A stretch of 64,000 nt of DNA, taken from the sequence record OR352942.1. One strand, written 5' to 3'. The translations under genes and the position numbers were made by a program. This document shows positions 10,033-18,333 of this stretch, one piece after another. Under the pieces are notes generated by a model, which was not told the origin of the DNA, ran no database searches, and saw only the letters and a program-made list of their open reading frames with translations. The DNA is from Escherichia phage AV112. Position 1 is the first letter of the stretch. Each line of letters opens with the position of its first letter.

Positions 10033-10060
10033 ATTCTATCATCCGAAATCTAAAGCAAAA
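10033..10060 (-). promoter_or_regulatory. MotA-dependent middle promoter for gene 39
   Basis: Minus strand tttTGCTTTA (MotA box) - 12 nt - TAGAAT; the MotA box directly abuts the upstream terminator U-run. Confidence 0.55.
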
Positions 10061-10075
10061 AGGGCCGAAGCCCTT
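10055..10075 (-). terminator. UUCG-tetraloop terminator hairpin
   Basis: Minus strand AGGGC-ttcg-GCCCT followed by TTTTT. Confidence 0.55.
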
Positions 10076-10499
10076 ATTTAAATTTAATTTTCTGAAGTGC
10101 ATCAATTGCAGCCAAACGCCCTTGTTCACTTTTAACTGTAATGACCACATCGCCTGATACGATCACCGAACCATCAACAAATTCTATAGAGCCTTTTTTG
10201 AAATCGACAGCTGTATCTGGTTCCGGAACTTCTTCAAAGAATTTAAATTCTGCACCATAAATCAGAATATCACCTTGCATACTATGAATAGTTCGGCCAT
10301 AATCGCCTACGGCTTCTACAGCAATCACCGAAACGCCGTAACCAATCATCTCTTCCACAATAAAATCTTTGGACAATAAAGTAGTATGCAGATTAGTATT
10401 AAGACGTTTACCAGTCGTATTAAGCATTCTCAAGAAATTATCTTCTTGACCTTTGATAATACGATATTTCTTACCAACTTCAAAACCTTTAAAAGCCAT
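10074..10499 (-). CDS. hypothetical protein (141 aa); possible goF-like by position and length
   Basis: ORF immediately upstream of gene 39; no motif recognised. Confidence 0.4.
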   Translation of the reverse strand: MAFKGFEVGKKYRIIKGQEDNFLRMLNTTGKRLNTNLHTTLLSKDFIVEEMIGYGVSVIAVEAVGDYGRTIHSMQGDILIYGAEFKFFEEVPEPDTAVDFKKGSIEFVDGSVIVSGDVVITVKSEQGRLAAIDALQKIKFK

Positions 10500-10501
10500 A
10501 A

Positions 10502-10681
10502 TTAACCCTTCTTAAGTAAGTCGTAAAAACCACCGTTCACATGTTTAGGAGCAGAAACCCGACGAGTAGACAGACGATGACATTCAGGGCAAACATCGGT
10601 TTCTCGTTCAGAAATCCTTTTAATTTTTTCATATTCATGACCACAATCTTCAGATTGACATTTATAGTCGTATAACGGCAT
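10502..10681 (-). CDS. zinc-ribbon protein (59 aa), below ORF-track cutoff
   Basis: Hand translation MPLYDYKCQSEDCGHEYEKIKRISERETDVCPECHRL with two CxxC pairs. Confidence 0.4.
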   Translation of the reverse strand: MPLYDYKCQSEDCGHEYEKIKRISERETDVCPECHRLSTRRVSAPKHVNGGFYDLLKKG

Positions 10682-10683
10682 TA

Positions 10684-11094
10684 TTATTCCTTAAAATGTG
10701 CTTTCAACATTTGATACAAAGACCATGCCTGGTCGTTATTTTCGATAGTAATCGTCATCACCGGAAATTCAGACAATTCGTCAAGTTCATCAGAATCTTG
10801 CTCTTCGGACGCTTGATATGGATTTTCAACTTCATCAAAGAACTCTGCTTCATTCGTGGAGAGCCAGATAAAGTTTTCATCAAGGATATCACCACCTGTT
10901 GCGTATCCAACCGTGCCAGTAGATGTCACAATTTTAGTAGGACGTCCGAGATGGTCAACATCTAAAATTTTAAAAGGTTCCATGCCAAGACGTCGTGCAT
11001 AAATCCCATTATCAGTGTGGTCTTTAATAAACTCTTCTTGGGCACGTTTATCTATAAATTGGTACCATGAGTTAACTCGGAATTTATTAGCCAT
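10684..11094 (-). CDS. hypothetical acidic protein (about 136 aa; start taken at MANKF)
   Basis: ORF-track ORF 10684..11112; ATG at 11094 overlaps the stop of the upstream ORF. Confidence 0.4.
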   Translation of the reverse strand: MANKFRVNSWYQFIDKRAQEEFIKDHTDNGIYARRLGMEPFKILDVDHLGRPTKIVTSTGTVGYATGGDILDENFIWLSTNEAEFFDEVENPYQASEEQDSDELDELSEFPVMTITIENNDQAWSLYQMLKAHFKE

Positions 11095-11321
11095 TAGTAA
11101 GTTTCCTTCCAATAAGTTGTACCATTTTCAGTGATTTCACGGAAGATACCATAGATAGGCATTTCATCACCGAGTTTTTCGTAAACGTAAACCACTTCAG
11201 TGTAGCATAAAAATTCTGTCCAGTTTTTCTGTACAACAACTAAATCAGGATTAAACAGAACATCTTCAAACTCATCGATGTTTGAATCAGTAGTTACGTT
11301 TTTAATGATTTGACGTTTCAT
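11094..11321 (-). CDS. hypothetical protein (about 75 aa; start taken at MKRQ)
   Basis: The ORF-track first ATG (11366) lies inside the PeSL cassette; internal ATG at 11321 has a GAGGAG Shine-Dalgarno. Confidence 0.4.
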   Translation of the reverse strand: MKRQIIKNVTTDSNIDEFEDVLFNPDLVVVQKNWTEFLCYTEVVYVYEKLGDEMPIYGIFREITENGTTYWKETY

Positions 11322-11378
11322 AATATTCTCCTCTTGTTTTGATAGGTCTATAGTATCATAGGCCATAGTTGTTGTACA
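11322..11378 (-). promoter_or_regulatory. PeSL-like early promoter/stem-loop cassette
   Basis: Minus strand TGTACA -35-like, TACTAT -10-like, GAGGAG before the ATG. Confidence 0.4.
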
Positions 11379-11903
11379 TCATTTTAGCAAAATAAAATCA
11401 ACTTGTTCTGCCAATGAACGTCTGAACATTAATTGACAACTTCCGAGGATGAAATCAGGTGCTTCATAGACCGCGATGTAGTATCCTTTAGCTTTCAAGA
11501 GTTCAACATCCACCTGGTCATCAAACCATGCATAAACCGCGTCAACACTTTCAAATCCAAAATAGAGCCCTTTAGCCCAATCTTCACTCAATTCAAATGT
11601 TTGCTCAATTCTATAGTATCTTAAGATATTTTGTTCAAGGAGTTTGTCTTCATTTACTGTAGGACGATTAGGGACATTATAGTTGTCGCCGTGATGGTAG
11701 AAGTTACCTGAGAGTATTCCATGCTTATCAAGGAACTCCCATGTTTCTTCAGAGTTGTCGGTGCCCGTCCAACCGTATGGCGAACGAGGTTCTTTATTCC
11801 AAGAGGTTTCCCAAATTCTGACGGCTTTACCATCTTCGATAGCAATTCCTGGTAATGATTCACGTTGAGTACAAAAACTACGTTCTACGCGGTAAACTAA
11901 CAT
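11379..11903 (-). CDS. hypothetical protein (174 aa)
   Basis: ORF with its own PeSL cassette; no recognisable motif. Confidence 0.45.
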   Translation of the reverse strand: MLVYRVERSFCTQRESLPGIAIEDGKAVRIWETSWNKEPRSPYGWTGTDNSEETWEFLDKHGILSGNFYHHGDNYNVPNRPTVNEDKLLEQNILRYYRIEQTFELSEDWAKGLYFGFESVDAVYAWFDDQVDVELLKAKGYYIAVYEAPDFILGSCQLMFRRSLAEQVDFILLK

Positions 11904-11958
11904 ATTATTCTCCTCTGGTTGATATGGTTATAATATCAAAACCAGAGGAGAAGTAAAC
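11904..11958 (-). promoter_or_regulatory. PeSL-like early promoter/stem-loop cassette
   Basis: Minus strand GTTTAC-N17-TATTAT; perfect 12-bp inverted repeat TCTCCTCTGGTT (11909-11920) / AACCAGAGGAGA (11940-11951) enclosing the -10 and containing the SD. Confidence 0.55.
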
Positions 11959-11962
11959 AACT

Positions 11963-12382
11963 TTATGCAAAAGATGCTGGACAATATTTTTTGATTTGGA
12001 ACTCAGGAACTACCATGAACTGTCCAGCGAAAACGATGTTATAAAGCTTAACACCATCTTCTACCCATTGGTCCGAAATAAAACCAGCAACTTGATTCGT
12101 TGTCCATGGAGACCCGTCAGTTGCAGAAGCAATAGTAAATTCATGGTCTTTTACAACTAAAACAGACCTGCATAGTTTCCATTTGAACGCTTTTTCTTCT
12201 GATTCAATGAATTGGCTTTTAACATAACCAATGTTACCATCGGCGTCACGAACTTTAACTTCGTTACGTCCAAAAACCGGATCACTCACAGAAAGAACTT
12301 CAACCAACTTCCCGGCAACTTTAGAGCGAGAAGCAACAGATACATATACGTAATCACCTGTAGAGAGATTTACAATATTCAT
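11963..12382 (-). CDS. hypothetical protein, member A of a tandem paralogue triplet (139 aa)
   Basis: Shares VSVASRSKVAGKLVEV and FISDQWVEDGVKLYNIVF motifs with the next ORF. Confidence 0.5.
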   Translation of the reverse strand: MNIVNLSTGDYVYVSVASRSKVAGKLVEVLSVSDPVFGRNEVKVRDADGNIGYVKSQFIESEEKAFKWKLCRSVLVVKDHEFTIASATDGSPWTTNQVAGFISDQWVEDGVKLYNIVFAGQFMVVPEFQIKKYCPASFA

Positions 12383-12391
12383 AATAATTCC

Positions 12392-12847
12392 TTAAGCTTT
12401 AAGAGGAGACACATAGCGAGTGATTTCAGATTCTTTAACAACTCGGAAGTCACCTAAGAATACGATATTGTATAACTTTTCGCCATCTTCAACCCATTGG
12501 TCACTAATGAAGCCACACATAGTATCAGTTTTGCTTGGATAACCGTATTCGTCGATGTAATCAAATTCTTTATCGGTTATAAATTCAACGCCTTTGCAAA
12601 GAGCCCATTTGAACTGTACATTAGGTTCAGTAGAAGCAAAATGAGCGCTCACACGAGTTTCCAGGAATTTAGGACTTACGTAAGCGTACTGAGTATCCTG
12701 ACGTCCAAAACTAGGAATGATTCGAACTTTAACTTCTTTAATGCGTCCCATGCCATTTGTGCGAAGTCCGACAACTTCAACCAGACGACCTGCGGCTTTA
12801 GACCGGGATGCAGTTGATACACGCTTAATTTCACCAATAGTAATCAT
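12392..12847 (-). CDS. hypothetical protein, member B of the paralogue triplet (about 151 aa; start at MITIGE)
   Basis: Motifs VSTASRSKAAGRLVEV and FISDQWVEDGEKLYNIVF; ORF-track start 12910 lies inside the promoter cassette. Confidence 0.5.
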   Translation of the reverse strand: MITIGEIKRVSTASRSKAAGRLVEVVGLRTNGMGRIKEVKVRIIPSFGRQDTQYAYVSPKFLETRVSAHFASTEPNVQFKWALCKGVEFITDKEFDYIDEYGYPSKTDTMCGFISDQWVEDGEKLYNIVFLGDFRVVKESEITRYVSPLKA

Positions 12848-12906
12848 AATTTTTCTCTCTTTGTTTAAGTTGAATTCATTATACTCCATCCGTCCTTGGA
12901 TGTACA
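12848..12906 (-). promoter_or_regulatory. PeSL-like early promoter/stem-loop cassette
   Basis: Minus strand TTGTACA-N-TATAAT; inverted repeat CATCC/GGATG; core ATTATACTCCA shared with 13431-, 55878- and 56871-type copies. Confidence 0.5.
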
Positions 12907-12909
12907 ACA

Positions 12910-13404
12910 TTAATTTAGAATATTAACTACTGCACTACGTGGAACCACACTAAAATCACCGGCATGAACAACGTTCAGAAGTTCAACACCGTCTTCAATC
13001 CACTGGTCAGTTACCCATCCATTTACTGGACCATCGAATGGGCGTCGAATTGAAACATATTTACACAATAAATCAGTAGGCTCAATAGGCTTAATCAGAG
13101 TACCGTACATACAAACGATATCCATATCAAAGTGGAGACCATCTTTAACAGGTGCTTCTTCAATCAACAGTTCAAAGTCAGTGCTTGGAAGGGCAGTAGT
13201 AGAAATTGTACCGTATGAATTTTTAATTTCTAAGAATAACCAAGGGCCTTCAACTTGTTTAATGAAGTTAACAATAGTGAAACTATTACCTTGAGTGGCG
13301 CCTAAAATTTCACAAAACTTTTCATAAGCTCGCACTGAAGCACCGTACCAGTTGATTTGTTTTTCGTCTTTCAGGATGTAAGTAGCCGTAGTATTGATAT
13401 TCAT
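12910..13404 (-). CDS. hypothetical protein, member C of the paralogue triplet (about 164 aa; ATG at 13404)
   Basis: C-terminal motif WVTDQWIEDGVELLNVVHAGDFSVV matches the family; the ORF-track start is a TTG inside the cassette. Confidence 0.45.
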   Translation of the reverse strand: MNINTTATYILKDEKQINWYGASVRAYEKFCEILGATQGNSFTIVNFIKQVEGPWLFLEIKNSYGTISTTALPSTDFELLIEEAPVKDGLHFDMDIVCMYGTLIKPIEPTDLLCKYVSIRRPFDGPVNGWVTDQWIEDGVELLNVVHAGDFSVVPRSAVVNILN

Positions 13405-13464
13405 AATGTTTTCCCGTTTGGTTAAGATAGAAAGATTATACTCCAACCATCCTTGGTTGTAAAC
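13405..13464 (-). promoter_or_regulatory. PeSL-like early promoter/stem-loop cassette; member of a roughly 45-70-bp direct-repeat family
   Basis: Minus strand GTTTAC-N18-TATAAT; GTTAAGATAGAAAGATTATACTCCAACC[A/G]TCCTTGGTTGTAAACTG recurs at 55862-55907. Confidence 0.55.
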
Positions 13465-13468
13465 TGTT

Positions 13469-14161
13469 TTATCGCTGTTTTACACTTAACGGGTCAGGAT
13501 TCTCAGGGACATCTTCAAGGCCAAGCGCATAACGCTGAGCATATTTTAACATCAAAATATCTTTAGCACAATCATGAATACTATCATGGGCAACGAATCC
13601 TTTTAGCGTACCCATCGGTAATGGACACATACTTAATCCTCGTGTCAACGAGTAAGCTTCGATTGCCGTACGAATATCGCGTTGAGCCCAGAATTTAACC
13701 GGTTCTAATTTATCAGTATCAATATCTGGTTCAAGAACACCTTCATCACGATAGAGGTCACGAATCAAATCGACCAATATCGGGAAGTCAAAGCTCATAC
13801 CACGGCACCACATCTGTGATTTCCATTGGTCAACTTTATTAGCTCGGCAATAATCTAAAAAGATTTTAATGCCTTCAAGCGTAGTGACATCGTCTTCAGA
13901 CGGAGCCAAGTTTTTACGTGCTTCAGCCGATTGTTCTTTCCACCATTTCATAGTGGATTTAGCAAAAACTCGCTTCCCTTTCTGAGAAGCCAAATTAAAT
14001 TTAATTCGCTTACCTCGTTGAACAAGTTCTTCAAATGATTCAACAACTTCAGGGTCGGAATTATATGCAATAACCGCAAGGTCAATAACAGCCGCTTTTG
14101 ATGTATTGCCGAATGTTTCAAAATCTATAATAACATCAGTGCTCATAATTTTCTCTCTCAA
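13469..14161 (-). CDS. dexA: exonuclease A (DexA), DEDD-type 3'-5' exonuclease
   Basis: Motif VIIDFETFGN at the N-terminus (DEDD exonuclease motif I); size near T4 DexA; directly downstream of dda. Confidence 0.75.
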   Translation of the reverse strand: MREKIMSTDVIIDFETFGNTSKAAVIDLAVIAYNSDPEVVESFEELVQRGKRIKFNLASQKGKRVFAKSTMKWWKEQSAEARKNLAPSEDDVTTLEGIKIFLDYCRANKVDQWKSQMWCRGMSFDFPILVDLIRDLYRDEGVLEPDIDTDKLEPVKFWAQRDIRTAIEAYSLTRGLSMCPLPMGTLKGFVAHDSIHDCAKDILMLKYAQRYALGLEDVPENPDPLSVKQR

Positions 14162-15471
14162 ATAAAATGGACGTCAAACCGACCACGAGTTGTGCCGACA
14201 TACAATAACTGTTTAGCTAATTCTGAATCGGCATAATGGATACACGGTGTATAAACAAAGGCCGTGTCAACAGACATACCCTGGGCCTTATGGAAGGTCG
14301 ATACTGGTAGTGCCTTCACCTTAGTGAACATACGTTTAGCATCCCAGAATTCGCTCCATGGAGCTTTACCACCTTTATTCCAAAATTTGTATGTTTCTGC
14401 GGTCTTAGCCAAAAACAAATTGAATTTATAAAGCTCTTCTTCAGAAGAAATAACCTTTATATCTTCGCGGATGTATTCTTCGTCGTCCCCATATGTTTCT
14501 ACTGTAAGATTCCAGTATCGTATCATATATTCGCCTGAAACACCACGTGCTTTAACAAATGTAGACGTTTCTACAGCATCTCGAATACGAACGAATTGGC
14601 CGTTATTGAAAAGCATTTCGGTAATATTTTTACCATCTAGCTTATATGTCTTAGTAAATGGCTCCTGTAGAACAATGACTTCGTCTTTAATAAATGGTTT
14701 TTCTGTTTCAAGAAGTTTTCGTCGAATAATTGAATTTAACTTGTCCACTGACTTATTTGTGAATGCCATCATTCGATTTTCGAAAAGGTCTTCAGGAGTT
14801 TTAACGACGTTAAAATAGTTCATCATATACGATTTAAGGTCTGTATATCCATGAACACCGTGCCCATCAACTACTTTATCGTAAATCCATTTGCCGTTAC
14901 GAATATCAGTCGCAACATCAATAATTGGTGCGTTGCTACGTTTAACTTCTGTAAGGTTGCATTGCACGAAGTCTTTGTGAGTGAAGAAAGGACTTAGATA
15001 CGCAGTTGATTCGCCTGGGTCTACCGGACGAATCTGGCATCGGTCGCCGATTCCAATTACTGTACACCATTTAGGGATACTAGCTAACATTATTTTAAAC
15101 AGAGAACGGTCGCACATTGACGCTTCATCAAATAACAGTACACGACACAAGGCTAAGTCGGGAACCTTTTTCTGTTCAAACAATACGTTTTCTTCGTATG
15201 TAGTTGGGTTGATTTTAAGAATGCTATGAATAGTCGATGCTTCTTGACCCGCAAGTTTGCTTAGAACCTTTTTAGCAGCATGTGTAGGGGCTGCTAAAAT
15301 AATACCTGATTCTCCAGAAGAAATAAGGGCTTCAACGATGAATCTAGTAAGGGTTGTTTTACCTGTACCGGCAGGCCCATTAATAGTTACGTGATGTTTC
15401 TTTTCTTTAATAGCGTTCATAACAACGTTGAAGGCGTTTTTCTGGCCTTCGGTCAAATCATCAAATGTCAT
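14158..15471 (-). CDS. dda: Dda DNA helicase (SF1B), 437 aa
   Basis: Walker A GPAGTGKTT, Walker B-like LLFDEASM; size and position as in T4. Confidence 0.9.
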   Translation of the reverse strand: MTFDDLTEGQKNAFNVVMNAIKEKKHHVTINGPAGTGKTTLTRFIVEALISSGESGIILAAPTHAAKKVLSKLAGQEASTIHSILKINPTTYEENVLFEQKKVPDLALCRVLLFDEASMCDRSLFKIMLASIPKWCTVIGIGDRCQIRPVDPGESTAYLSPFFTHKDFVQCNLTEVKRSNAPIIDVATDIRNGKWIYDKVVDGHGVHGYTDLKSYMMNYFNVVKTPEDLFENRMMAFTNKSVDKLNSIIRRKLLETEKPFIKDEVIVLQEPFTKTYKLDGKNITEMLFNNGQFVRIRDAVETSTFVKARGVSGEYMIRYWNLTVETYGDDEEYIREDIKVISSEEELYKFNLFLAKTAETYKFWNKGGKAPWSEFWDAKRMFTKVKALPVSTFHKAQGMSVDTAFVYTPCIHYADSELAKQLLYVGTTRGRFDVHFI

Positions 15472-15779
15472 CGTAAAGTCCCTGCAATTGGAATACTAAC
15501 AATACGGCCTGTGTCCAGGATTCGTTGATATAATTTTTGCGTCTCCGCATCTAGTTTAATGTGTTTCATTTCAAGCTTATTAAACCAGAACTTACGCGGA
15601 GTTTCGACCATTCTTAGAACTCCCATTTTTAAATCTGTTTTATACTGTGTTTTCAAAGTATCGAAAACTTTATCTGCAATATCCTTTCTAAAAAATACTG
15701 CAGGACGATGCTCATCAAGTGGAACCGGAACAGTAAATCCTTCCATATCTCGATAAACTATTGCATATACATAAACCAT
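15468..15779 (-). CDS. hypothetical protein (103 aa), dda.1 position
   Basis: ORF overlapping the dda start by 4 nt. Confidence 0.45.
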   Translation of the reverse strand: MVYVYAIVYRDMEGFTVPVPLDEHRPAVFFRKDIADKVFDTLKTQYKTDLKMGVLRMVETPRKFWFNKLEMKHIKLDAETQKLYQRILDTGRIVSIPIAGTLR

Positions 15780-15781
15780 AA

Positions 15782-16528
15782 TTAACCTTTAATCAGTTGG
15801 AATAATGATGCGCTAAGTGGTAAGCCACGTTTCAATTTTAATTTACCAATTAAACCAATCTTTTCAAAACGTTGCAGACCTTGGATAACTTTATCATATG
15901 TATCGAAAAGCGATTCAGCGTCAGTTAATTTAGTTTTAGTTTTCCAGTCAGAGCCTTTAAGAAGAACGTTGAGTTTAGTAAGTTCATGGCCTTCTGCTTG
16001 ATGTGAGCCATTAATGCGTGCTTTCAAAGCAACAATTCTAAGTTTAGATTCGTTAGATAAAGGTTGATTTTTCATCATGTTCGCCATATGCTTAACACGG
16101 TTTTCACGTTTTGCTCGGATTTTTAAAATAGTACCATAAACCTTTTTAATTTGGGCCCATTTCTTCTCGTCGAGATTAAGTTTCTCTACTTTACGGGCAG
16201 AAGGATTAGCGATACGTCTTGCAATGGCATCACGTTTCTCAATAAGTTCTTCTAATGTTAAATCAGAACGAGCCGTGTTATATTTTTTCTTAACTGGGAT
16301 AACATTACCTTTAATGTAGCCGATATCGTTATTAAAACGTTCTAAGGATAATTTCTCACCTTCAACAGAGTTATTGAAAGATTCACCTGAGTAAGCGCAG
16401 ACCTTTTGATCAAGAATGTTTTTAAGGTAATTAAAGTCTAAGTTAAAATCCTTAGAGCGTCTCTTTGCAGAAGCTCTGGTGTGGTCAAGACGACGATTGA
16501 TTTTGTTAATTTTATTATTTGATAACAT
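15782..16528 (-). CDS. srd: Srd-like protein (248 aa), basic/helical
   Basis: Size and position between dda.1 and modA as in T4; highly basic sequence; assignment from synteny. Confidence 0.5.
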   Translation of the reverse strand: MLSNNKINKINRRLDHTRASAKRRSKDFNLDFNYLKNILDQKVCAYSGESFNNSVEGEKLSLERFNNDIGYIKGNVIPVKKKYNTARSDLTLEELIEKRDAIARRIANPSARKVEKLNLDEKKWAQIKKVYGTILKIRAKRENRVKHMANMMKNQPLSNESKLRIVALKARINGSHQAEGHELTKLNVLLKGSDWKTKTKLTDAESLFDTYDKVIQGLQRFEKIGLIGKLKLKRGLPLSASLFQLIKG

Positions 16529-16606
16529 AATATTTTCCTCTGTCTTACGGACGTTAGGTCATTTAGCTGATAGGGTTATAATATCATGCCCTCAGGTAGT
16601 GTACAC
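16529..16606 (-). promoter_or_regulatory. PeSL-like early promoter cassette upstream of srd
   Basis: Minus strand TGTACA -35-like, TATTAT -10, GGA Shine-Dalgarno. Confidence 0.4.
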
Positions 16607-16616
16607 TCTTTTTTCG

Positions 16617-16647
16617 TAAAATGCTTTAATTTTTTATGTGTTATAAT
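16617..16647 (+). promoter_or_regulatory. plus-strand MotA-box middle-promoter-like sequence antisense to modA
   Basis: Plus strand aaaTGCTTTA (16618-16628) - 13 nt - TATAAT (16642-16647). Confidence 0.3.
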
Positions 16648-16680
16648 GGTTCTGAGTTCCATCCGGTTATTCCAATCCGG

Positions 16681-17289
16681 TCAGTAACCGACAATAGACA
16701 GATTCCAGATTGTATAACGTCCATCTTGAATAATAGAATCTACACGCAGTGTAGTCCCTATAGGGAGCATAAATTCACATTCGTCAGATATAAGTCTAGC
16801 ATTAGACCGTCTTGTCGCTTCAGGGAAAGCTCCATTGAACTCACAAGATGGTGCAGCCAGAATCATATTAAGCATATGTTCACGGAAGTTGAAAGCAAAT
16901 GGTGCATCTTTGATGCAGAACATATTAAATGTTCCATAAAAATTATATGAAGCGAAGTTACGTGCTACACCAAACACCGGACTAAAGCTCATTACTCTGT
17001 CAAATTTAATAATACTACCAATGCCTTTATCATCGAGTGTGGCCATAGTTTTCTTAGAGATTCCACGATACATTGTCTCAGGAACAGAAGACGTCCAATT
17101 TCTACGAACAATTGCACTTAAATCTTGTTGGATGCTGTCTGGCTTGTTTTCCATACATTGCCATAGTACACTTTGTTCAATGTCGCTGAATTGCTCATCG
17201 ATTTTGTACTGAAGCATATCTTGATAATCCGGGCATTGAGCACGTCGAACCATTTCTTCAATTTCACACTCGTTATACGGCATAAACAT
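16681..17289 (-). CDS. modA: ADP-ribosyltransferase (ModA-like), 202 aa
   Basis: ART motifs: YRG (Arg), FSPVFGVAR (STS-like), acidic motif near the C-terminus; paralogous to the next ORF; T4 synteny. Confidence 0.65.
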   Translation of the reverse strand: MFMPYNECEIEEMVRRAQCPDYQDMLQYKIDEQFSDIEQSVLWQCMENKPDSIQQDLSAIVRRNWTSSVPETMYRGISKKTMATLDDKGIGSIIKFDRVMSFSPVFGVARNFASYNFYGTFNMFCIKDAPFAFNFREHMLNMILAAPSCEFNGAFPEATRRSNARLISDECEFMLPIGTTLRVDSIIQDGRYTIWNLSIVGY

Positions 17290-17346
17290 TTAGATTTCTC
17301 CTGTGGTTGATAAAGGTATAGTATCATCATCGGAAGAGTTTGTACA
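17290..17346 (-). promoter_or_regulatory. PeSL-like early promoter cassette upstream of modA
   Basis: Minus strand TGTACA ... TACTAT, GGAGA Shine-Dalgarno. Confidence 0.4.
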
Positions 17347-17928
17347 CTAAAAATTCAACATTTTCAAATGAATGATTTTGTATAATCGAGATAAAGGGTC
17401 ATATTCTAAGTCTTCAATTTTCACAATCTCAAATCTAGAGATACCTGAGACCATGTACTCTTGTTCAGATTCAATCATATCTAGGACATCGATACGAGTT
17501 TCTTCCATAACATGCTTAGGGTTCTTTCCGGCAAGTACAATGTTAACCATGTTTTGGTAGTAATCAAAAATGAATGGAGCATTCCTGAGACTAAGAATAG
17601 TGTACGTCTGATATTCCCAGCTCCCGGAGAATTGACGAGCTGTACTGAAATCAGTTGTGAACGATGTTACTCGTCCAGGAGACCAATGACATCCAACAGA
17701 AAGAAGGGAAAGACGTTCTACTTCTTCTGGAGTTACACCGCGGTAGAGTTCTACTGGTACTGTAGAAGTCATATGCTTACGAACAAGATGGTCTAATTCA
17801 TAGTGGAAATCCGGGTCTTCCTTAGAATCAGTGCAAGCCCAGAGAATGTTTTGTTCTTGGCGGGTGAATTTGCTATCAATCAGATTTGTTAGGTATTCAC
17901 GTTCTTGAAGTTCAGATTGACATGTCAT
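17347..17928 (-). CDS. modB: ADP-ribosyltransferase (ModB-like), 193 aa
   Basis: ART motifs YRGV, SFTTDFSTARQF and EQEYMVSG; paralogue of modA. Confidence 0.65.
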   Translation of the reverse strand: MTCQSELQEREYLTNLIDSKFTRQEQNILWACTDSKEDPDFHYELDHLVRKHMTSTVPVELYRGVTPEEVERLSLLSVGCHWSPGRVTSFTTDFSTARQFSGSWEYQTYTILSLRNAPFIFDYYQNMVNIVLAGKNPKHVMEETRIDVLDMIESEQEYMVSGISRFEIVKIEDLEYDPLSRLYKIIHLKMLNF

Positions 17929-17984
17929 GATAGACCTCCATTTAAAGATAAGCCTATCATAACACGAGAGGAGGGAATGTAAAC
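17929..17984 (-). promoter_or_regulatory. early promoter cassette upstream of modB
   Basis: Minus strand GTTTAC-N17-TATGAT, GGAGG Shine-Dalgarno. Confidence 0.45.
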
Positions 17985-18144
17985 TACTTTTTAAGCTTTC
18001 CTACTAAAGGTCCATCAGGGCCGGGTTGTTCTAACATGAATAAGGATGCTTTAAAAAGCAATGTCAGCCCTTTCACCATTCGATACCATGTCTCAAAGTC
18101 TTTTTCCTTGATTTCTAGTAAGAATTTCTCTTTAAATTTCTCTT

Positions 18145-18333
18145 TCATTTCCAAGGACTCCATGGTGGAGGGTCGTCATAATAAGAGGCAAGGTCTTTCA
18201 GGGCTTCAACAGGTAAACTAAAGCCGTGACGTTGTATAATACTATCTAGTTCATCAACAAGTTCACTACGATGCACTTTAGGAGCCTCAACTTCGGGCTC
18301 ATCAAACATACTCATCAAGTCCATATTATTCAC
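18145..18333 (-). CDS. hypothetical acidic protein (62 aa)
   Basis: ORF-track ORF. Confidence 0.35.
   Translation of the reverse strand: MNNMDLMSMFDEPEVEAPKVHRSELVDELDSIIQRHGFSLPVEALKDLASYYDDPPPWSPWK

Noticed and set aside
11094-11366. N-terminal extensions of several ORF-track proteins that share peptides such as DLSKQEEN (11094..11366, 60018..60293) or begin inside promoter cassettes (12392..12910, 46868..47239, 63217..63435)
   Set aside because: These first codons are translations of the repeated promoter/stem-loop cassette; an internal ATG with a GAGG-type Shine-Dalgarno is the more likely start, so the shared peptide is a repeat artefact and not a conserved domain
16636-16950. Plus-strand ORF of 104 aa antisense to modA
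   Set aside because: Its ATG lies upstream of the -10 of the only candidate plus-strand promoter; no ribosome-binding site; likely a chance antisense frame
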